This document shows, one piece after another, positions 1 to 10,192 of a stretch of DNA of 64,000 bases; the stretch's first letter is position 1; each line of letters opens with the position of its first letter. Below the pieces are notes generated by a model. It did not search any database, was not told where the DNA came from, and saw nothing but the letters and a program-made list of their open reading frames with translations. The translations under genes were made by a program, and so were the position numbers. Origin of the DNA: Nitrospinales bacterium (GTDB lineage Bacteria; Nitrospinota; Nitrospinia; Nitrospinales; VA-1); contig CBDCXL010000002.1 of the NCBI GenBank assembly GCA_965223795.1, positions 352,001 through 416,000 of the forward strand, given 5' to 3'.

Positions 1-968
1 CTGGCGTAGTGCGCCGCGCCCATAAGGGCCGCTTTTTCATTGAGTATCACCTGGACGGGCAGCTGGCTGAGCAGGGTGTTGAAGCGGCCTTTGGAGAGGA
101 ACGCGTCCATGAAGGAGCCGGATTTGATGAGGGAGAGGATGTTCGGGGCGATGCCGCCGCCCACGTACACGCCGCCGGCGGCAAGAAACTGCAGCGCCAG
201 GTTGCCGGCGGCGGCGCCGTAGAGCGACACGAACATCTCCAGCGCCTGTTCGCAGGCGGTGAATTTTTTGTTGAGCCCGGCCTGGGTGATGACCACGCCG
301 GGGTCGCCCTGGGCGAGTTCCTTTGTCAGCCATTCGGGTTCTGTGAGCTTGTGGTGCTCTTTGATGAACTGGTAGACGTTGTGCAGGCCGGGGCCGGACA
401 GCACGCGCTCGATGCTGACGCGGCCGAATTTGCTTCTTAGAAAATGCAGCATCTCCGCTTCGGTCTGGGTGCGCGGCGCGAAGTCGCAATGGCCGCCCTC
501 GGAATCGAGGATCTGGTAGCGGCCGTCGCCCGTGGGAATGAGGAACGCCTCGCCGAGCCCGGTGCCGGCTGCGATGACGGCGATGCGGCCGTCCTCGACG
601 GGAGAACCGGCCTGCAGGGTCTCCACTTCGCCGCCCGCGAGAAACGGCACGGCGCAGGCGGTGGCGGCGAGGTCGTTGATCAGCCAGACGTCCTCCAGCG
701 CCAGCTTGCGCTTGAGGCTTTTCACGTCCACCACCCAGGGCAGGTTAGTGACTTCGCAGCGGCCGTCCTTCACCGGCCCGGCGATCCCGAAACCGGCGCA
801 CGACAGCCTGGGATGCTCTTTACCGCAGTATTCGGACAGGATCGCCTCCAGCCCGGAGTACTCGCTGCTTTTGAACTTGGCCTCGTTGACGGCGCGGAGT
901 CCGCCGTCGTGGTTTTCGAACAACGCAAGGTTGACCTTGGTGCCGCCGATGTCGCCTGCGAGAATCAT
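1..968 (-). CDS. glk: Glucokinase (3' end runs off the window)
   Basis: Not in the ORF track. Manual minus-strand translation from ATG at 968 gives MILAGDIGGTKVNLA...GIAGPV...TNLPW...LINDL...GTGLG...SEGGH...GGVYVGGGIAP, all Glk motifs. Confidence 0.93.
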   Translation of the reverse strand, partial: MILAGDIGGTKVNLALFENHDGGLRAVNEAKFKSSEYSGLEAILSEYCGKEHPRLSCAGFGIAGPVKDGRCEVTNLPWVVDVKSLKRKLALEDVWLINDLAATACAVPFLAGGEVETLQAGSPVEDGRIAVIAAGTGLGEAFLIPTGDGRYQILDSEGGHCDFAPRTQTEAEMLHFLRSKFGRVSIERVLSGPGLHNVYQFIKEHHKLTEPEWLTKELAQGDPGVVITQAGLNKKFTACEQALEMFVSLYGAAAGNLALQFLAAGGVYVGGGIAPNILSLIKSGSFMDAFLSKGRFNTLLSQLPVQVILNEKAALMGAAHYA

Positions 969-993
969 CCGCCCCCCGTTCGCTTGGCCCGGC

Positions 994-2229
994 TCAGGTG
1001 AAGGAGCGGATGCGGTCGTCCAGCGCCTTCTGATCCTTGGCGAAGGACTGCAGGGCGGACTGGGTCATCAGATCGTCCAGGGCGATGGACTCGGGCCACT
1101 GGTCGAGCTTTGGAATCTTGCCGTGCGCGGTGATGGTCTTAAGATCCTCTTTCGTGAACGGGTGGAACAGGTTCTGTTCGCGGCAGGCTTCCTCCAGCCC
1201 GGCTCCGGTCATCGATTCGATGCCCTGCCGGTTGACCAGTTTATCCACGAATTCCTTGAACTCATCGGTGACCGTCCACAGCGTGTCGAAGCGTCCGCCG
1301 GAAAGGTGCGCGGCGTCGATGCCCGGCGAGATGGTGTCGTCCACGTGGCTTGCGAGTTCATCCGGGGAGCGGCCGGAGTCCTGAAACTCCTTGAGCGCCG
1401 CGGGCGGGATGGTCTGCACGTCCAGCCCGGCGAGGAAGCTCACCTGGTCGCCGTTGCGGATGCTCGCGCCGATCAGTTTCGTGGTGATCTCGGGAAATTT
1501 CTCGCGGATCTCACGGATGCACTGCTGCGTCGCCAGCGTGACCTTCTCCCCCACCATCTCGCCGCTGCCCATTTTGTTGTCGATCACCACCTGGTTGAGC
1601 CGCCCCAGAAACACGTTGACGTAGGCGGGATTGGACAGCCGCGCGGCGAGGTAGTTCTGGCGCGCCGAAAAGCCCAGCGTGTAGTTGATCGGCATGCCCT
1701 CGAGCCGCAGCTTGCGCACGGCGAGGTAGCCTTCGGGCGTGAGCGGGATCTTGACGGTGAAGTACTGCGGGCACACCTTGTAATAGCGGCGGGCGTAGTT
1801 GAGCGTGGTCTCGATGTCGCGCGACATGACCGGGTGCAGCTCCACGCTCACCTTGACCTTGAAGGCCTGCACCAGACGCAGCGCGATCTTGCAGTTGATG
1901 ACGAAACCGATCTCGGTGATCAGCTCCTCCTCGGTCAGATCGCCGGTGACGTCGCGGATCTTCTTCACGGTTTCCTTGATGGTGTCGTCCATCACGCCGC
2001 TCTGCACCACCTGGTTGGCCAGGGTGTTGTTGGTGGTCAGCGCTTCGAGCTCTTTCTTCCAGATCGAGCGCGCTTTTTCCAGGTCGCCCGTGTCCACCCA
2101 CAACTCGCTGCCCATCGCCTGCAGTTTCGCCAGCAGCGGGTGCGACTTGAACGCCGGGCGTCTTCCTTCGATTTCCTCATGGGCCAGGCCATGAATGACT
2201 TCATCCAGCTTCTGACCGATCGTTGTCAT
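994..2229 (-). CDS. tal: Transaldolase family protein (long, atypical form)
   Basis: LWVDTG, TTNNTL, VKIP (Schiff-base Lys), INYTLGFS, NVFLGRL, GASIR motifs. ATG at 2229 follows AGGA. Confidence 0.85.
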   Translation of the reverse strand: MTTIGQKLDEVIHGLAHEEIEGRRPAFKSHPLLAKLQAMGSELWVDTGDLEKARSIWKKELEALTTNNTLANQVVQSGVMDDTIKETVKKIRDVTGDLTEEELITEIGFVINCKIALRLVQAFKVKVSVELHPVMSRDIETTLNYARRYYKVCPQYFTVKIPLTPEGYLAVRKLRLEGMPINYTLGFSARQNYLAARLSNPAYVNVFLGRLNQVVIDNKMGSGEMVGEKVTLATQQCIREIREKFPEITTKLIGASIRNGDQVSFLAGLDVQTIPPAALKEFQDSGRSPDELASHVDDTISPGIDAAHLSGGRFDTLWTVTDEFKEFVDKLVNRQGIESMTGAGLEEACREQNLFHPFTKEDLKTITAHGKIPKLDQWPESIALDDLMTQSALQSFAKDQKALDDRIRSFT

Positions 2230-2233
2230 GTCC

Positions 2234-3556
2234 CTATCCTTTCTCAAATCCGGGTTTATTCAAAAGTGCGAACATGTTTTTCTTGTAAAATTCGACGCCG
2301 GGCTGGTCGAACGGGTTCACCTCGAACAGGTATCCCGTCATGGCGACGGCGCGCTCGAAAAAATAGAACAGCTGGCCGAGCGATCCGGGGCTGCGGTCCT
2401 TGAGCGTCAGCGTCATATTGGGAACGCCGCCTTCCTTGTGGGCAAGCGCCGTGCCTTTGTAGGCCTTGTCGTTGACGAAATCGAGGGTCTTGCCGGCGAG
2501 GTAGTTGAGACCGTCGTCGTCCTGATCGAATTCAGGCACCTCGAGCTGGCGGTTGGAAGCCCCCAGCATGAGAAAGGTCTCGAACAGGATGCGGTTGCCT
2601 TCCTGCACCCACTGCCCCAAAGAATGCAGGTCGGTGGTGTATTCGACGGAAGCGGGGAAGATGCCTTTCTGCTGCTTGCCTTCGCTCTCTCCGGCCAGCT
2701 GCTTCCACCATTCCAGCACATAGCTCAGGTTGGGATGAAACGAAGCGAGCACCTCCACGGTCTTTCCCTTCTGGTAAAGAATGTGGCGGATGGCGGCGTA
2801 CTGGTAGGACAGGTTGTCCCCGACGTCAGCGGTGTCGGAGGACAGCATCTCCCACACCTCGGCGCCGTCCATCAGTTCGCGGATGTCGATGCCGGCGACG
2901 GCGATGGGCAGAAGCCCGACCGGCGTCAGCACCGAGTAGCGTCCGCCCACATCGTCGGGGATGACGAAAGTCGGATAGCCTTCCTCGTCGGCGAGTTTCT
3001 TGAGCGCGCCGCGGCGGGCGTCTGTGGTGACGAAGATGCGCTGCTTGGCGCCGTTCTTGCCGTATTTTTTCTCCAGCAGGTTTTTCAGGATCCGGAACGC
3101 CACCGCCGGTTCGGTGGTGGTGCCGGATTTGGAGATCACGTTGAGGCAGATGTCCTTCTCCTCGATGAGATCCATGAGGTCGGCGTGGTAATCGGAACTC
3201 AGGTTGTGCCCGGCAAAATAAACCTCCGGGTGCTCTTTGGTCTGGACGCGCTGATTGTCGAAGGTGTGATTGAGAAACGAGACGGCCGCGCGCGCGCCCA
3301 GATAGGAACCGCCGATGCCGATGCTGATGAAGGCGTCGGAACGGTCGCGGATCTTGTGCGCCGCGTCTTCGATGACTTCGAGGTCCTCAAGTGTGGTGCG
3401 GGACGGCAGTCGCAGCCAGCCGAGGTAATCGTCGCCGGCGCCGCCGCCGTTTTCCAGGCTGGCGTGCAGGCGGTCCAGCTTCGACTGCAATCCGGCAATC
3501 TCCTGTTCGGAGACCCAGCCTGCGAGGTGTTCGCGGTCCAGCTCAATGGCGCTCAT
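2234..3556 (-). CDS. pgi: Glucose-6-phosphate isomerase
   Basis: IGIGGSYLG, SKSGTTTE, GGRYSV, ESEGK, DLHSLGQ, NPFDQPGVEFYK motifs. GGAG RBS before ATG 3556. Confidence 0.96.
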   Translation of the reverse strand: MSAIELDREHLAGWVSEQEIAGLQSKLDRLHASLENGGGAGDDYLGWLRLPSRTTLEDLEVIEDAAHKIRDRSDAFISIGIGGSYLGARAAVSFLNHTFDNQRVQTKEHPEVYFAGHNLSSDYHADLMDLIEEKDICLNVISKSGTTTEPAVAFRILKNLLEKKYGKNGAKQRIFVTTDARRGALKKLADEEGYPTFVIPDDVGGRYSVLTPVGLLPIAVAGIDIRELMDGAEVWEMLSSDTADVGDNLSYQYAAIRHILYQKGKTVEVLASFHPNLSYVLEWWKQLAGESEGKQQKGIFPASVEYTTDLHSLGQWVQEGNRILFETFLMLGASNRQLEVPEFDQDDDGLNYLAGKTLDFVNDKAYKGTALAHKEGGVPNMTLTLKDRSPGSLGQLFYFFERAVAMTGYLFEVNPFDQPGVEFYKKNMFALLNKPGFEKG

Positions 3557-3698
3557 GGACACTCCTTAGATGGTGAAATCCCCTGCACCCCCGGGGAGAG
3601 AAATGGTTTGACAAAGCCTGGGTGCTTATCCATTCTGGTCGCAGGGCGGCGCCCTTCCCCGGTCTATTGAACCCGGTTTCACTCACCGCGTGCGAGGC

Positions 3699-4055
3699 AT
3701 GAACTTCAAGATCATCGATTACACGATCGGAACGGTTTCCGGAATCATTATAGCCTTTACCGTCCTGCAAATCATCCCCGGTCACTGGAATATGCTGCTT
3801 GGCATGCTCGCCGGGAGTGTGATCGGGATGGCGCTCAAGTTTGTCCTGCTGATCGGGCTGGCTCCCTTTTTCGGCGCGTTCGAGGTGATGATCCCCGTGA
3901 GCCTCATCGCCATGATCGTGGGCATGGTCTCGGGCATGGCCGCAACCGCAGGCCCGATCCCGGCGGGCTGCGTCTACGCGGCGGGCGGCGCGATCGGGTT
4001 CGCCATCGCGGGAATGGTGCTGCGCTCCAACCGGAAACTCACACAATCCAAGTAA
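3699..4055 (+). CDS. Small integral membrane protein (about 4 TM), function unknown
   Basis: Four hydrophobic Gly-rich segments. GAGG RBS. TTGACA-N17-CATTCT upstream at 3608. Confidence 0.7.
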   Translation: MNFKIIDYTIGTVSGIIIAFTVLQIIPGHWNMLLGMLAGSVIGMALKFVLLIGLAPFFGAFEVMIPVSLIAMIVGMVSGMAATAGPIPAGCVYAAGGAIGFAIAGMVLRSNRKLTQSK

Positions 4056-4062
4056 GTCTGGC

Positions 4063-4656
4063 ATGGCAGAAAAAAATTACGACAAAATCGCCAAAGTGTT
4101 CGATTTTTTCCGCCAGGGGGATCTCAAGCGCTGGGGGCACATCCAGAGACAGCATTTCGAGCCGATGCGCGGCCGGGTCCTGCACGTGGGCGCGGGAACG
4201 GGACTGGAAATCCAGAATTTCCCCGCAGGACTGGACATCACCGCCATCGACCTCAGCCCGCGGATGCTGGCGCGCGCCCACGCCCGCGCCGGGTCCTACC
4301 GGGGCACGCTGCGCTGTGTGCAGATGAACGCCGAGGCGCTGGCGTTTCCGGATCACAGCTTCGACACGGTGGCGGCGGTGTGCGTGTTCTGCACGGTGGC
4401 GGATCCCGTCCAGGGGCTGAAAGAGGTGCGGCGGGTGCTGAAACCGGATGGCAAGCTTTTGATGTTCGAGCACGTTTTGAGCCGCAACCTCTTCTACGGA
4501 CTGAGTCTCCGGTTCATGTCGCTGTTCACCACGGCGCTGGAGGGGACGCATCTGGACCGCGACACGGTGGGCAACGTGCGTAAAGCGGGATTCCGGGTGG
4601 AAGCGGACCGCAATGTCTATCTCGACATCGTCAAGGCCATCGTGGCGGTTCCCTGA
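4063..4656 (+). CDS. Class I SAM-dependent methyltransferase
   Basis: VLHVGAGTG, AIDLSPRML, FDTV, RVLKPDG motifs. Confidence 0.9.
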   Translation: MAEKNYDKIAKVFDFFRQGDLKRWGHIQRQHFEPMRGRVLHVGAGTGLEIQNFPAGLDITAIDLSPRMLARAHARAGSYRGTLRCVQMNAEALAFPDHSFDTVAAVCVFCTVADPVQGLKEVRRVLKPDGKLLMFEHVLSRNLFYGLSLRFMSLFTTALEGTHLDRDTVGNVRKAGFRVEADRNVYLDIVKAIVAVP

Positions 4657-4666
4657 GCTCGCAGCC

Positions 4667-6286
4667 TCAACCGGCGCGGGCGGCTTTTTTGGGTTTGGCG
4701 GCGACGGGCTTTTTCACGCCCGAGAGGATGAAGTAGTTTTTGATGTGTTTTTTGTCGATCAGCCGCTTGGCGAACTCCTGCGCTTCGCCCTTGCCTTCAA
4801 AGCGGCCGACGCGCACCTTGTACCAGCTGCCGCCGGATTTTTTCGGCGCCTGGATGGTGTACAGTCCTTTCACCCCTTTTTTCTTCAGCGAGGACACCAT
4901 GCGGTTGGCCTGTTTCGAGGAAGTGACGGCGGCGATCTGGATGGTGTAGATCCGGTCCGTCGCCTGCGGCTTGATCTTCGCCGGAGCCGGGGCGGGAGCG
5001 GGTTCGGGAGGCGGCGGCGCCTCCACCTGGACGGCCTTCTGCCGGCTCCAGTCCTTATAGTTCAATCCGACGACGACGAGGATCACCAGGATGAAGAGGC
5101 CCGCGAACTTGACGAGCAGCCGGGTCTTGCTGAAGCCGATCAGCCCGTCCACCAGCCGCAGCCCGACGCCGCGCGCCGCATCGCCGAACACGCGGCCGAC
5201 GCCGAGGAGCCCGGCGCGCAGCCGTCCCATCAGGGAGACGTCGAGCCCCATGCGCACCTTCCAGCGGTCCAGCTCCTCGATATCCTCGGCGCTGAAAAAA
5301 TTCAGTTTCTTGAGCCGCCCGGAGATGCGGCTGTTCTCCACCATTTCCTTCAGCTCCGCCTGCGCCGCGGGATCGAGGGACTCGAAGGTCTCCCTGCATT
5401 TCTCATGCAAAAGCGGATCGATACCCATGAGGTGCCCCTTGCAATAGTTGAGGGCGAGGAGTTCCTTGAGCTTTTTTTCGACGGCGCGGCGGTACGGCAG
5501 CGCGTGGTGGTAGAACCACAGCGCGGCGGGATCGGTGCGGCCGTTTTCCAGCAGCGACGGCAGGACGAGGTCGATGATGCGCGGTGAGATCTCGCGCCCG
5601 CGCTGAAGGGCGTGCAGGAACAGGGGCTCGGTCTTGGCGGTGTACTGTTTGCGCTCCAGAAACACGGAAGCGAGGTGATCGGAAATGAAATCGTCCTTGT
5701 AATCCTCGGCTTTCAGCATGACCAGCAGCAGGTCGATGTCGTTTTCGGACAGGTCCCCGCCCTTGTCGAGGATGGCGAGCAGCGGCGCGCGGAACTTGGA
5801 GTTGGTGGGATTCTGCAGGAAGGCCTTGAGGTAGACCTTGAGCGCCTCTTCGTCCTCGCGCCCGATGGACAGGAGGTAATCGGCGAATTTGCGCACCACC
5901 CGGCCGCGGAACTTCCTGCCCTGGCCGGGGAGAAAGTAGGAGGTGGAGGTGAAGTGCAGCAGGTCCTGGTACTGCCTGAGCACCGCGTCCTTGTCGTCCA
6001 GCGGGCCTTTGTCTTTCAGTTCGTGAAACGCGTTGTTGAATTTCTGCTCGCCGATCAGCCCGTAGGCGAAAAAACCGAAAAACACGCAGACGCCGAGGAT
6101 CGCCCACTGGATGGTCCCGTCGTCGAACTGCACGTTGGGCAGGGCGACCTCATGAATGAAAAAGAGGGTGAAAAACCCCAGGAACAGGAGCAGGAAAAAA
6201 GAGATGCCCACCCGGGCCATGAGGTATTTGAGGGACTGATACCACACGCCCGGTTCCGGAAGGATGCGTTCTGCCTGCGCTTTCAA
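4667..6286 (-). CDS. Membrane protein with C-terminal SPOR (peptidoglycan-binding) domain
   Basis: N-terminal TMs, a helical middle, a TM, a Pro-rich linker, then YTIQIAAV...WYKVRVGRF. Confidence 0.82.
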   Translation of the reverse strand: MKAQAERILPEPGVWYQSLKYLMARVGISFFLLLFLGFFTLFFIHEVALPNVQFDDGTIQWAILGVCVFFGFFAYGLIGEQKFNNAFHELKDKGPLDDKDAVLRQYQDLLHFTSTSYFLPGQGRKFRGRVVRKFADYLLSIGREDEEALKVYLKAFLQNPTNSKFRAPLLAILDKGGDLSENDIDLLLVMLKAEDYKDDFISDHLASVFLERKQYTAKTEPLFLHALQRGREISPRIIDLVLPSLLENGRTDPAALWFYHHALPYRRAVEKKLKELLALNYCKGHLMGIDPLLHEKCRETFESLDPAAQAELKEMVENSRISGRLKKLNFFSAEDIEELDRWKVRMGLDVSLMGRLRAGLLGVGRVFGDAARGVGLRLVDGLIGFSKTRLLVKFAGLFILVILVVVGLNYKDWSRQKAVQVEAPPPPEPAPAPAPAKIKPQATDRIYTIQIAAVTSSKQANRMVSSLKKKGVKGLYTIQAPKKSGGSWYKVRVGRFEGKGEAQEFAKRLIDKKHIKNYFILSGVKKPVAAKPKKAARAG

Positions 6287-6298
6287 CTCGTCGCTCCT

Positions 6299-8383
6299 TT
6301 ACGGGAAACCGCCGCCGATGTTGGACGCGGGAAGGGATTCGATGCCGGTGGCCTCCTGGGGAAACTCGTCGAAAAGCGGGTCTTCCAGCTCCTCCTGCGG
6401 CAGAGGGCTCAGGTCCACTTCCTCCTTGACGGCCACGGGCATGGACTCGATGGCGGAGTAATCGGGAATCCTGCCGGTCTGCACGTCCACCTCCACGATC
6501 TTGATGCCGGTGGGCACGGGAAACTTGACCTGCTTTTTCCCCTGCAGCGCCTTCTGCATGAAGAACACCCAGATGGGCACGGCGGCCCGGCCGCCGGTCA
6601 GCCCGCGCTGGTTGCGGTCGAGCATCGGGTCGTTGTTGTCGTAGCCCACCCACACGGACACGGACAGGTCTTTGGTGAAGCCGTTGAACCAGGCGTCCTT
6701 GAAGTCGTTGGTGGTGCCGGTCTTGCCGCCGGCGGGGTGCTTGAAACCCATGCGGCGCACGGTGCGGCCGGTTCCCGCGTCCACCACGCCCTGCATCATA
6801 TCCACCAGGGGATACATGAGTTCCTGGGAGTAGCGCTGCACGCCCTGGTAGTAGTGCTGGTAGAGCTGGTTGCCGTGAAAATCTTCGATCTTCTCAATGA
6901 AGAAGGGTTCATTGTACACGCCGAGGTTGGCGATCATGCTGTACGCGGCGGCCATCTCCAGCGGCGACACGGCTGAGGTCCCGAGCGCCAGCGACATGTT
7001 GGGGCCCAGGTGGCTTTTGATGCCGAACTTCCTGCCGGTCTCGACGACTTTCTGCGGCGTGACCTTTTCCACCAGCTTGGCGGACACCACGTTGATGGAG
7101 CGCATCAGGGCTTTTTTCAGGATGATGTCGCCGGCGTAGATGTCGCCGAAGTTTTTCGGTTCCCAGGGCGCGGAACCGGGGATCTCGATGAAATAGGGCT
7201 CGTCTTTAATGACGGTGGCCGGGGTGTAGTCGAGCACTTCCATGGCGGTCAGGTACACCAGCGGCTTGAAGGAGGAACCGGGCAGCCGGTTGCCGGAGAC
7301 GGCGCGGTTGAACTGGCTCAACGAGTAGTTGCGCCCGCCCAGCATGGCGCGGACCGCGCCGCTTTTGTTCTCCACCGCCACCACGGCGGTCTGCAGCGGC
7401 CCGTCGCGTTTCACCATCCCCTCTTCCAAGCCTTCCAGGTGGGACTGCGCGGCTTTCAGGGCGAAGCGCTGGTATCGGCTGTCGAGGGTGGTGTAGATTT
7501 TCAACCCGCCGTAGTGCACGAACTCCTTGCCGTAGTCCTTTTCCAGCTTGTCGATGACGAAGTTGGCGAAGTACAGGTTGGGATCGGATTTCTTCTTCGG
7601 CGTGACCAGTTCCAGATCCGCGTTGAGCGCCTCTTCTTTCTGCCCGGCGGTGATGAATTTCTGCCGCTCCATGCGGTTGAGAACGAGCCGGGCGCGGGCC
7701 ATGGAACGGTCGAAATTGGTGAACGGGTTGGCGCCTTTGGGCGATTTGGGCAGTCCCGCGAGCACCGCGGCCTGCAGCAGGGTCAGGTCCTTGGCGCGTT
7801 TGGCGAAGTATACTTTGGAGGCTTCCTCGACGCCGTAGGCGCCGCTGCCGAAATAGATCTGGTTGCAGTAGGCTTCGAGGATCTGGTCCTTGTCGAAGGT
7901 GGCCTCGAGCTGGGAAGCGATGAGAAATTCCTTGAACTTGCGCACGAACTTGCGCTCAAAGGAGAAGAACAGGTTTTTCGACAGCTGCTGGGTGATGGTG
8001 CTGCCGCCTTCGAGCCAGCGCCCGGCGCGCAGGTTGACCAGCATGGCGCGCATGAAGCCGCGGTGGTCGAGGCCGTGGTGTTCATAGAACCTGCGGTCCT
8101 CGACGGCGAGGATGGCTTTGAGAAAGTTCGGCGAGATGTTTTCGATGGACACGGGGTGGCGCTCGCCGATGATCATGATCCGCTCGCCGTCCCAGGAATA
8201 GATCTCGGTGGGCAGGCTGAGGTTGATCTTTTCCAGGTCGTCGGGAAGCTGGGGCAGATCCCGGCTGTAGGTGAAGTAAAAGCCGACACCGGCCAGCCCC
8301 GCCAGCAGCAGGCCGCCGTATACCAGGAAAAACAGTTTTTCGAATATTTTTCGGATCAAGCCAACCCCCGTGCCGTTTCGCAA
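6299..8383 (-). CDS. Class A penicillin-binding protein (PBP1A family)
   Basis: Transglycosylase motifs EDRRFYEHHG, GGSTITQQL, RKFKE. Transpeptidase motifs SSFK, SIN, KTGT. Exact start uncertain. Confidence 0.95.
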   Translation of the reverse strand: MRNGTGVGLIRKIFEKLFFLVYGGLLLAGLAGVGFYFTYSRDLPQLPDDLEKINLSLPTEIYSWDGERIMIIGERHPVSIENISPNFLKAILAVEDRRFYEHHGLDHRGFMRAMLVNLRAGRWLEGGSTITQQLSKNLFFSFERKFVRKFKEFLIASQLEATFDKDQILEAYCNQIYFGSGAYGVEEASKVYFAKRAKDLTLLQAAVLAGLPKSPKGANPFTNFDRSMARARLVLNRMERQKFITAGQKEEALNADLELVTPKKKSDPNLYFANFVIDKLEKDYGKEFVHYGGLKIYTTLDSRYQRFALKAAQSHLEGLEEGMVKRDGPLQTAVVAVENKSGAVRAMLGGRNYSLSQFNRAVSGNRLPGSSFKPLVYLTAMEVLDYTPATVIKDEPYFIEIPGSAPWEPKNFGDIYAGDIILKKALMRSINVVSAKLVEKVTPQKVVETGRKFGIKSHLGPNMSLALGTSAVSPLEMAAAYSMIANLGVYNEPFFIEKIEDFHGNQLYQHYYQGVQRYSQELMYPLVDMMQGVVDAGTGRTVRRMGFKHPAGGKTGTTNDFKDAWFNGFTKDLSVSVWVGYDNNDPMLDRNQRGLTGGRAAVPIWVFFMQKALQGKKQVKFPVPTGIKIVEVDVQTGRIPDYSAIESMPVAVKEEVDLSPLPQEELEDPLFDEFPQEATGIESLPASNIGGGFP

Positions 8384-8430
8384 ACGAGAACGCGTCTATA
8401 AGGATACCGCGTATCGGGATATTTTTAGGA

Positions 8431-9336
8431 TTAAAATATTTCTCCGGAGGGGTCTTCCAGGGGCATGGCGTCCTGGGGGGAATCTTCCGCCTCCGATCTT
8501 TCGATTTGAGACAGCATGTTGTAGGCGATTTCAAGCGGGACGGGGATCACCAGCACCCCGGTGTAGTAATCGGTGTCGTACTCGATGCCGAATATCATGT
8601 GCTGCGGGTCGGCGCCGTTGGATTCCTCGGAAACGCCCACGCGGGTGACGTGGTAGCCCTTTTCCAGAAACCACCGGGGCTCGGGGAACACGCCTTTCTG
8701 GGTGTCCGGGTCGAGCGTCGCGATGATCGCCAGGTACTCGTCGATGGAAAAAATCCGGTCTTCGGGGAAATCGACTTCCTCCAGCCGCCCGCGTTTCACG
8801 GTGCGCGTGGACTGGATGCCGAACAGGTTGTCCACCGACAGGAATTTCTCCTGAATGGAAACGCCCTGCATGTCGAGAAAGCCCAGGGTGATCCAGGGAC
8901 CGAACCGTTTCAGGATAACGCGGGACCAGCTCTTGCGGGCGTCGATCTGAATGAGCTCATACGGGGAGATGATGCGTTCGGCCCAGGGGCCGGGATAGTC
9001 GTAATACAGGTCGAGAAATTTCTTCCTCGACACGGCCAGGGGAAAGGCGGGCGCTACGGTTTCGAACAGCTGCTTGAAGGTTTCAACCGAATCGCCGGTC
9101 TGCTCCTGCAGGTCCTGGGTGGTGCGCAGGGACTGGATTTTGGTCTGCGCGACCAGGGCCTGACGGTCTTTTTCCCAGATCCGGCCCAGCTGCGGCCTTT
9201 TATGATTTTGCCATTTAAGGTAGTTGCCGATCCCGCGTTCGATGAAATGCCCGAAATACTCCAGCACGGCGATCACGGTCAACAGGACCAGAAACGTCAC
9301 TCCATGCCTTTGCCTTCCGAAGCGGGCGGATTTCAC
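8431..9336 (-). CDS. Hypothetical protein with N-terminal membrane anchor
   Basis: 301-aa ORF tightly packed between neighbours, with one N-terminal hydrophobic helix. Confidence 0.7.
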   Translation of the reverse strand: MKSARFGRQRHGVTFLVLLTVIAVLEYFGHFIERGIGNYLKWQNHKRPQLGRIWEKDRQALVAQTKIQSLRTTQDLQEQTGDSVETFKQLFETVAPAFPLAVSRKKFLDLYYDYPGPWAERIISPYELIQIDARKSWSRVILKRFGPWITLGFLDMQGVSIQEKFLSVDNLFGIQSTRTVKRGRLEEVDFPEDRIFSIDEYLAIIATLDPDTQKGVFPEPRWFLEKGYHVTRVGVSEESNGADPQHMIFGIEYDTDYYTGVLVIPVPLEIAYNMLSQIERSEAEDSPQDAMPLEDPSGEIF

Positions 9337-9342
9337 GGTGCC

Positions 9343-9993
9343 TCATCTCACGGTGATTTTCTGGACGGAGCGGGTGATCATCTTCAGTTTGTCGATTTTT
9401 TCCTTGAGCACTTTCTTATCGACCTTTTTCCGGCCAGGCTTTTTTTTCTTCACGTTTTTCGCGGATCTGGAAGCGGCGGTGCGGCTGCGTTTGGAGAGCA
9501 CGCGCGGCGCGGCCTTTTTCTTCGAACGGGCGGGCGTCTTTTTCTTGGCGCCGGTCTTGCCCCTGCCGTCCTTCAATGCCTTGCTGATGGCGGACAGGCA
9601 CTGGTTCTGCAGATCGGCATCCATTTTGCGGAATATCGACACCAGCTTGCGTTCCGAATCGTCGATGGTGATCATTTCCTGCTTGGAGGGCTTTTTGAAC
9701 GCGACCAGACCGGAGCGGAAGTTCACGGAGCGGACCTCCGGGAAATTCGACTTCTTGTTTATCGCCTTAACGGGCGAAATGTAGCTTTTGTTGACCTCGG
9801 TGGTCAAAAGCTGCTCGAGGGAAATGTTCCCCAGCCGCGCGATCTTCACCAGGATGGAAACCGGAGCGTCCCGTTCTCCCGCTTCGTACCGGACATAAGT
9901 TCTAAACCCCACTTTGAGGATATCCGCCATCATCGACTGCGTGCAGCGGAGCTCCTTGCGAATGGTTTTCAGATTTTTAGCCAGTATTGACAT
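9343..9993 (-). CDS. XRE-family HTH regulator with Lys/Arg-rich C-terminal region
   Basis: NLKTIRKELRCTQSMMADILKVGFRTYVRYEAGER is an HTH_3 pattern. AAGGAG RBS. Confidence 0.85.
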   Translation of the reverse strand: MSILAKNLKTIRKELRCTQSMMADILKVGFRTYVRYEAGERDAPVSILVKIARLGNISLEQLLTTEVNKSYISPVKAINKKSNFPEVRSVNFRSGLVAFKKPSKQEMITIDDSERKLVSIFRKMDADLQNQCLSAISKALKDGRGKTGAKKKTPARSKKKAAPRVLSKRSRTAASRSAKNVKKKKPGRKKVDKKVLKEKIDKLKMITRSVQKITVR

Positions 9994-10192
9994 GAAACCG
10001 TCTCCTTATCCAAAAAAATTTTCCCAGAATTACCCAGACAATGCAATCTTTCTTTCCGTTCATTTTCGGGCCGCGGACACAAAACGGGCTCGGGCTGCGC
10101 TTTACAGTAACGCTCCCGGTTCAAGGAAACGCAACAGGGTGGATCGCCGTCCGCCGTTTCTTCAATGTCGGCGGGGTGACTGCGAACGGGCC

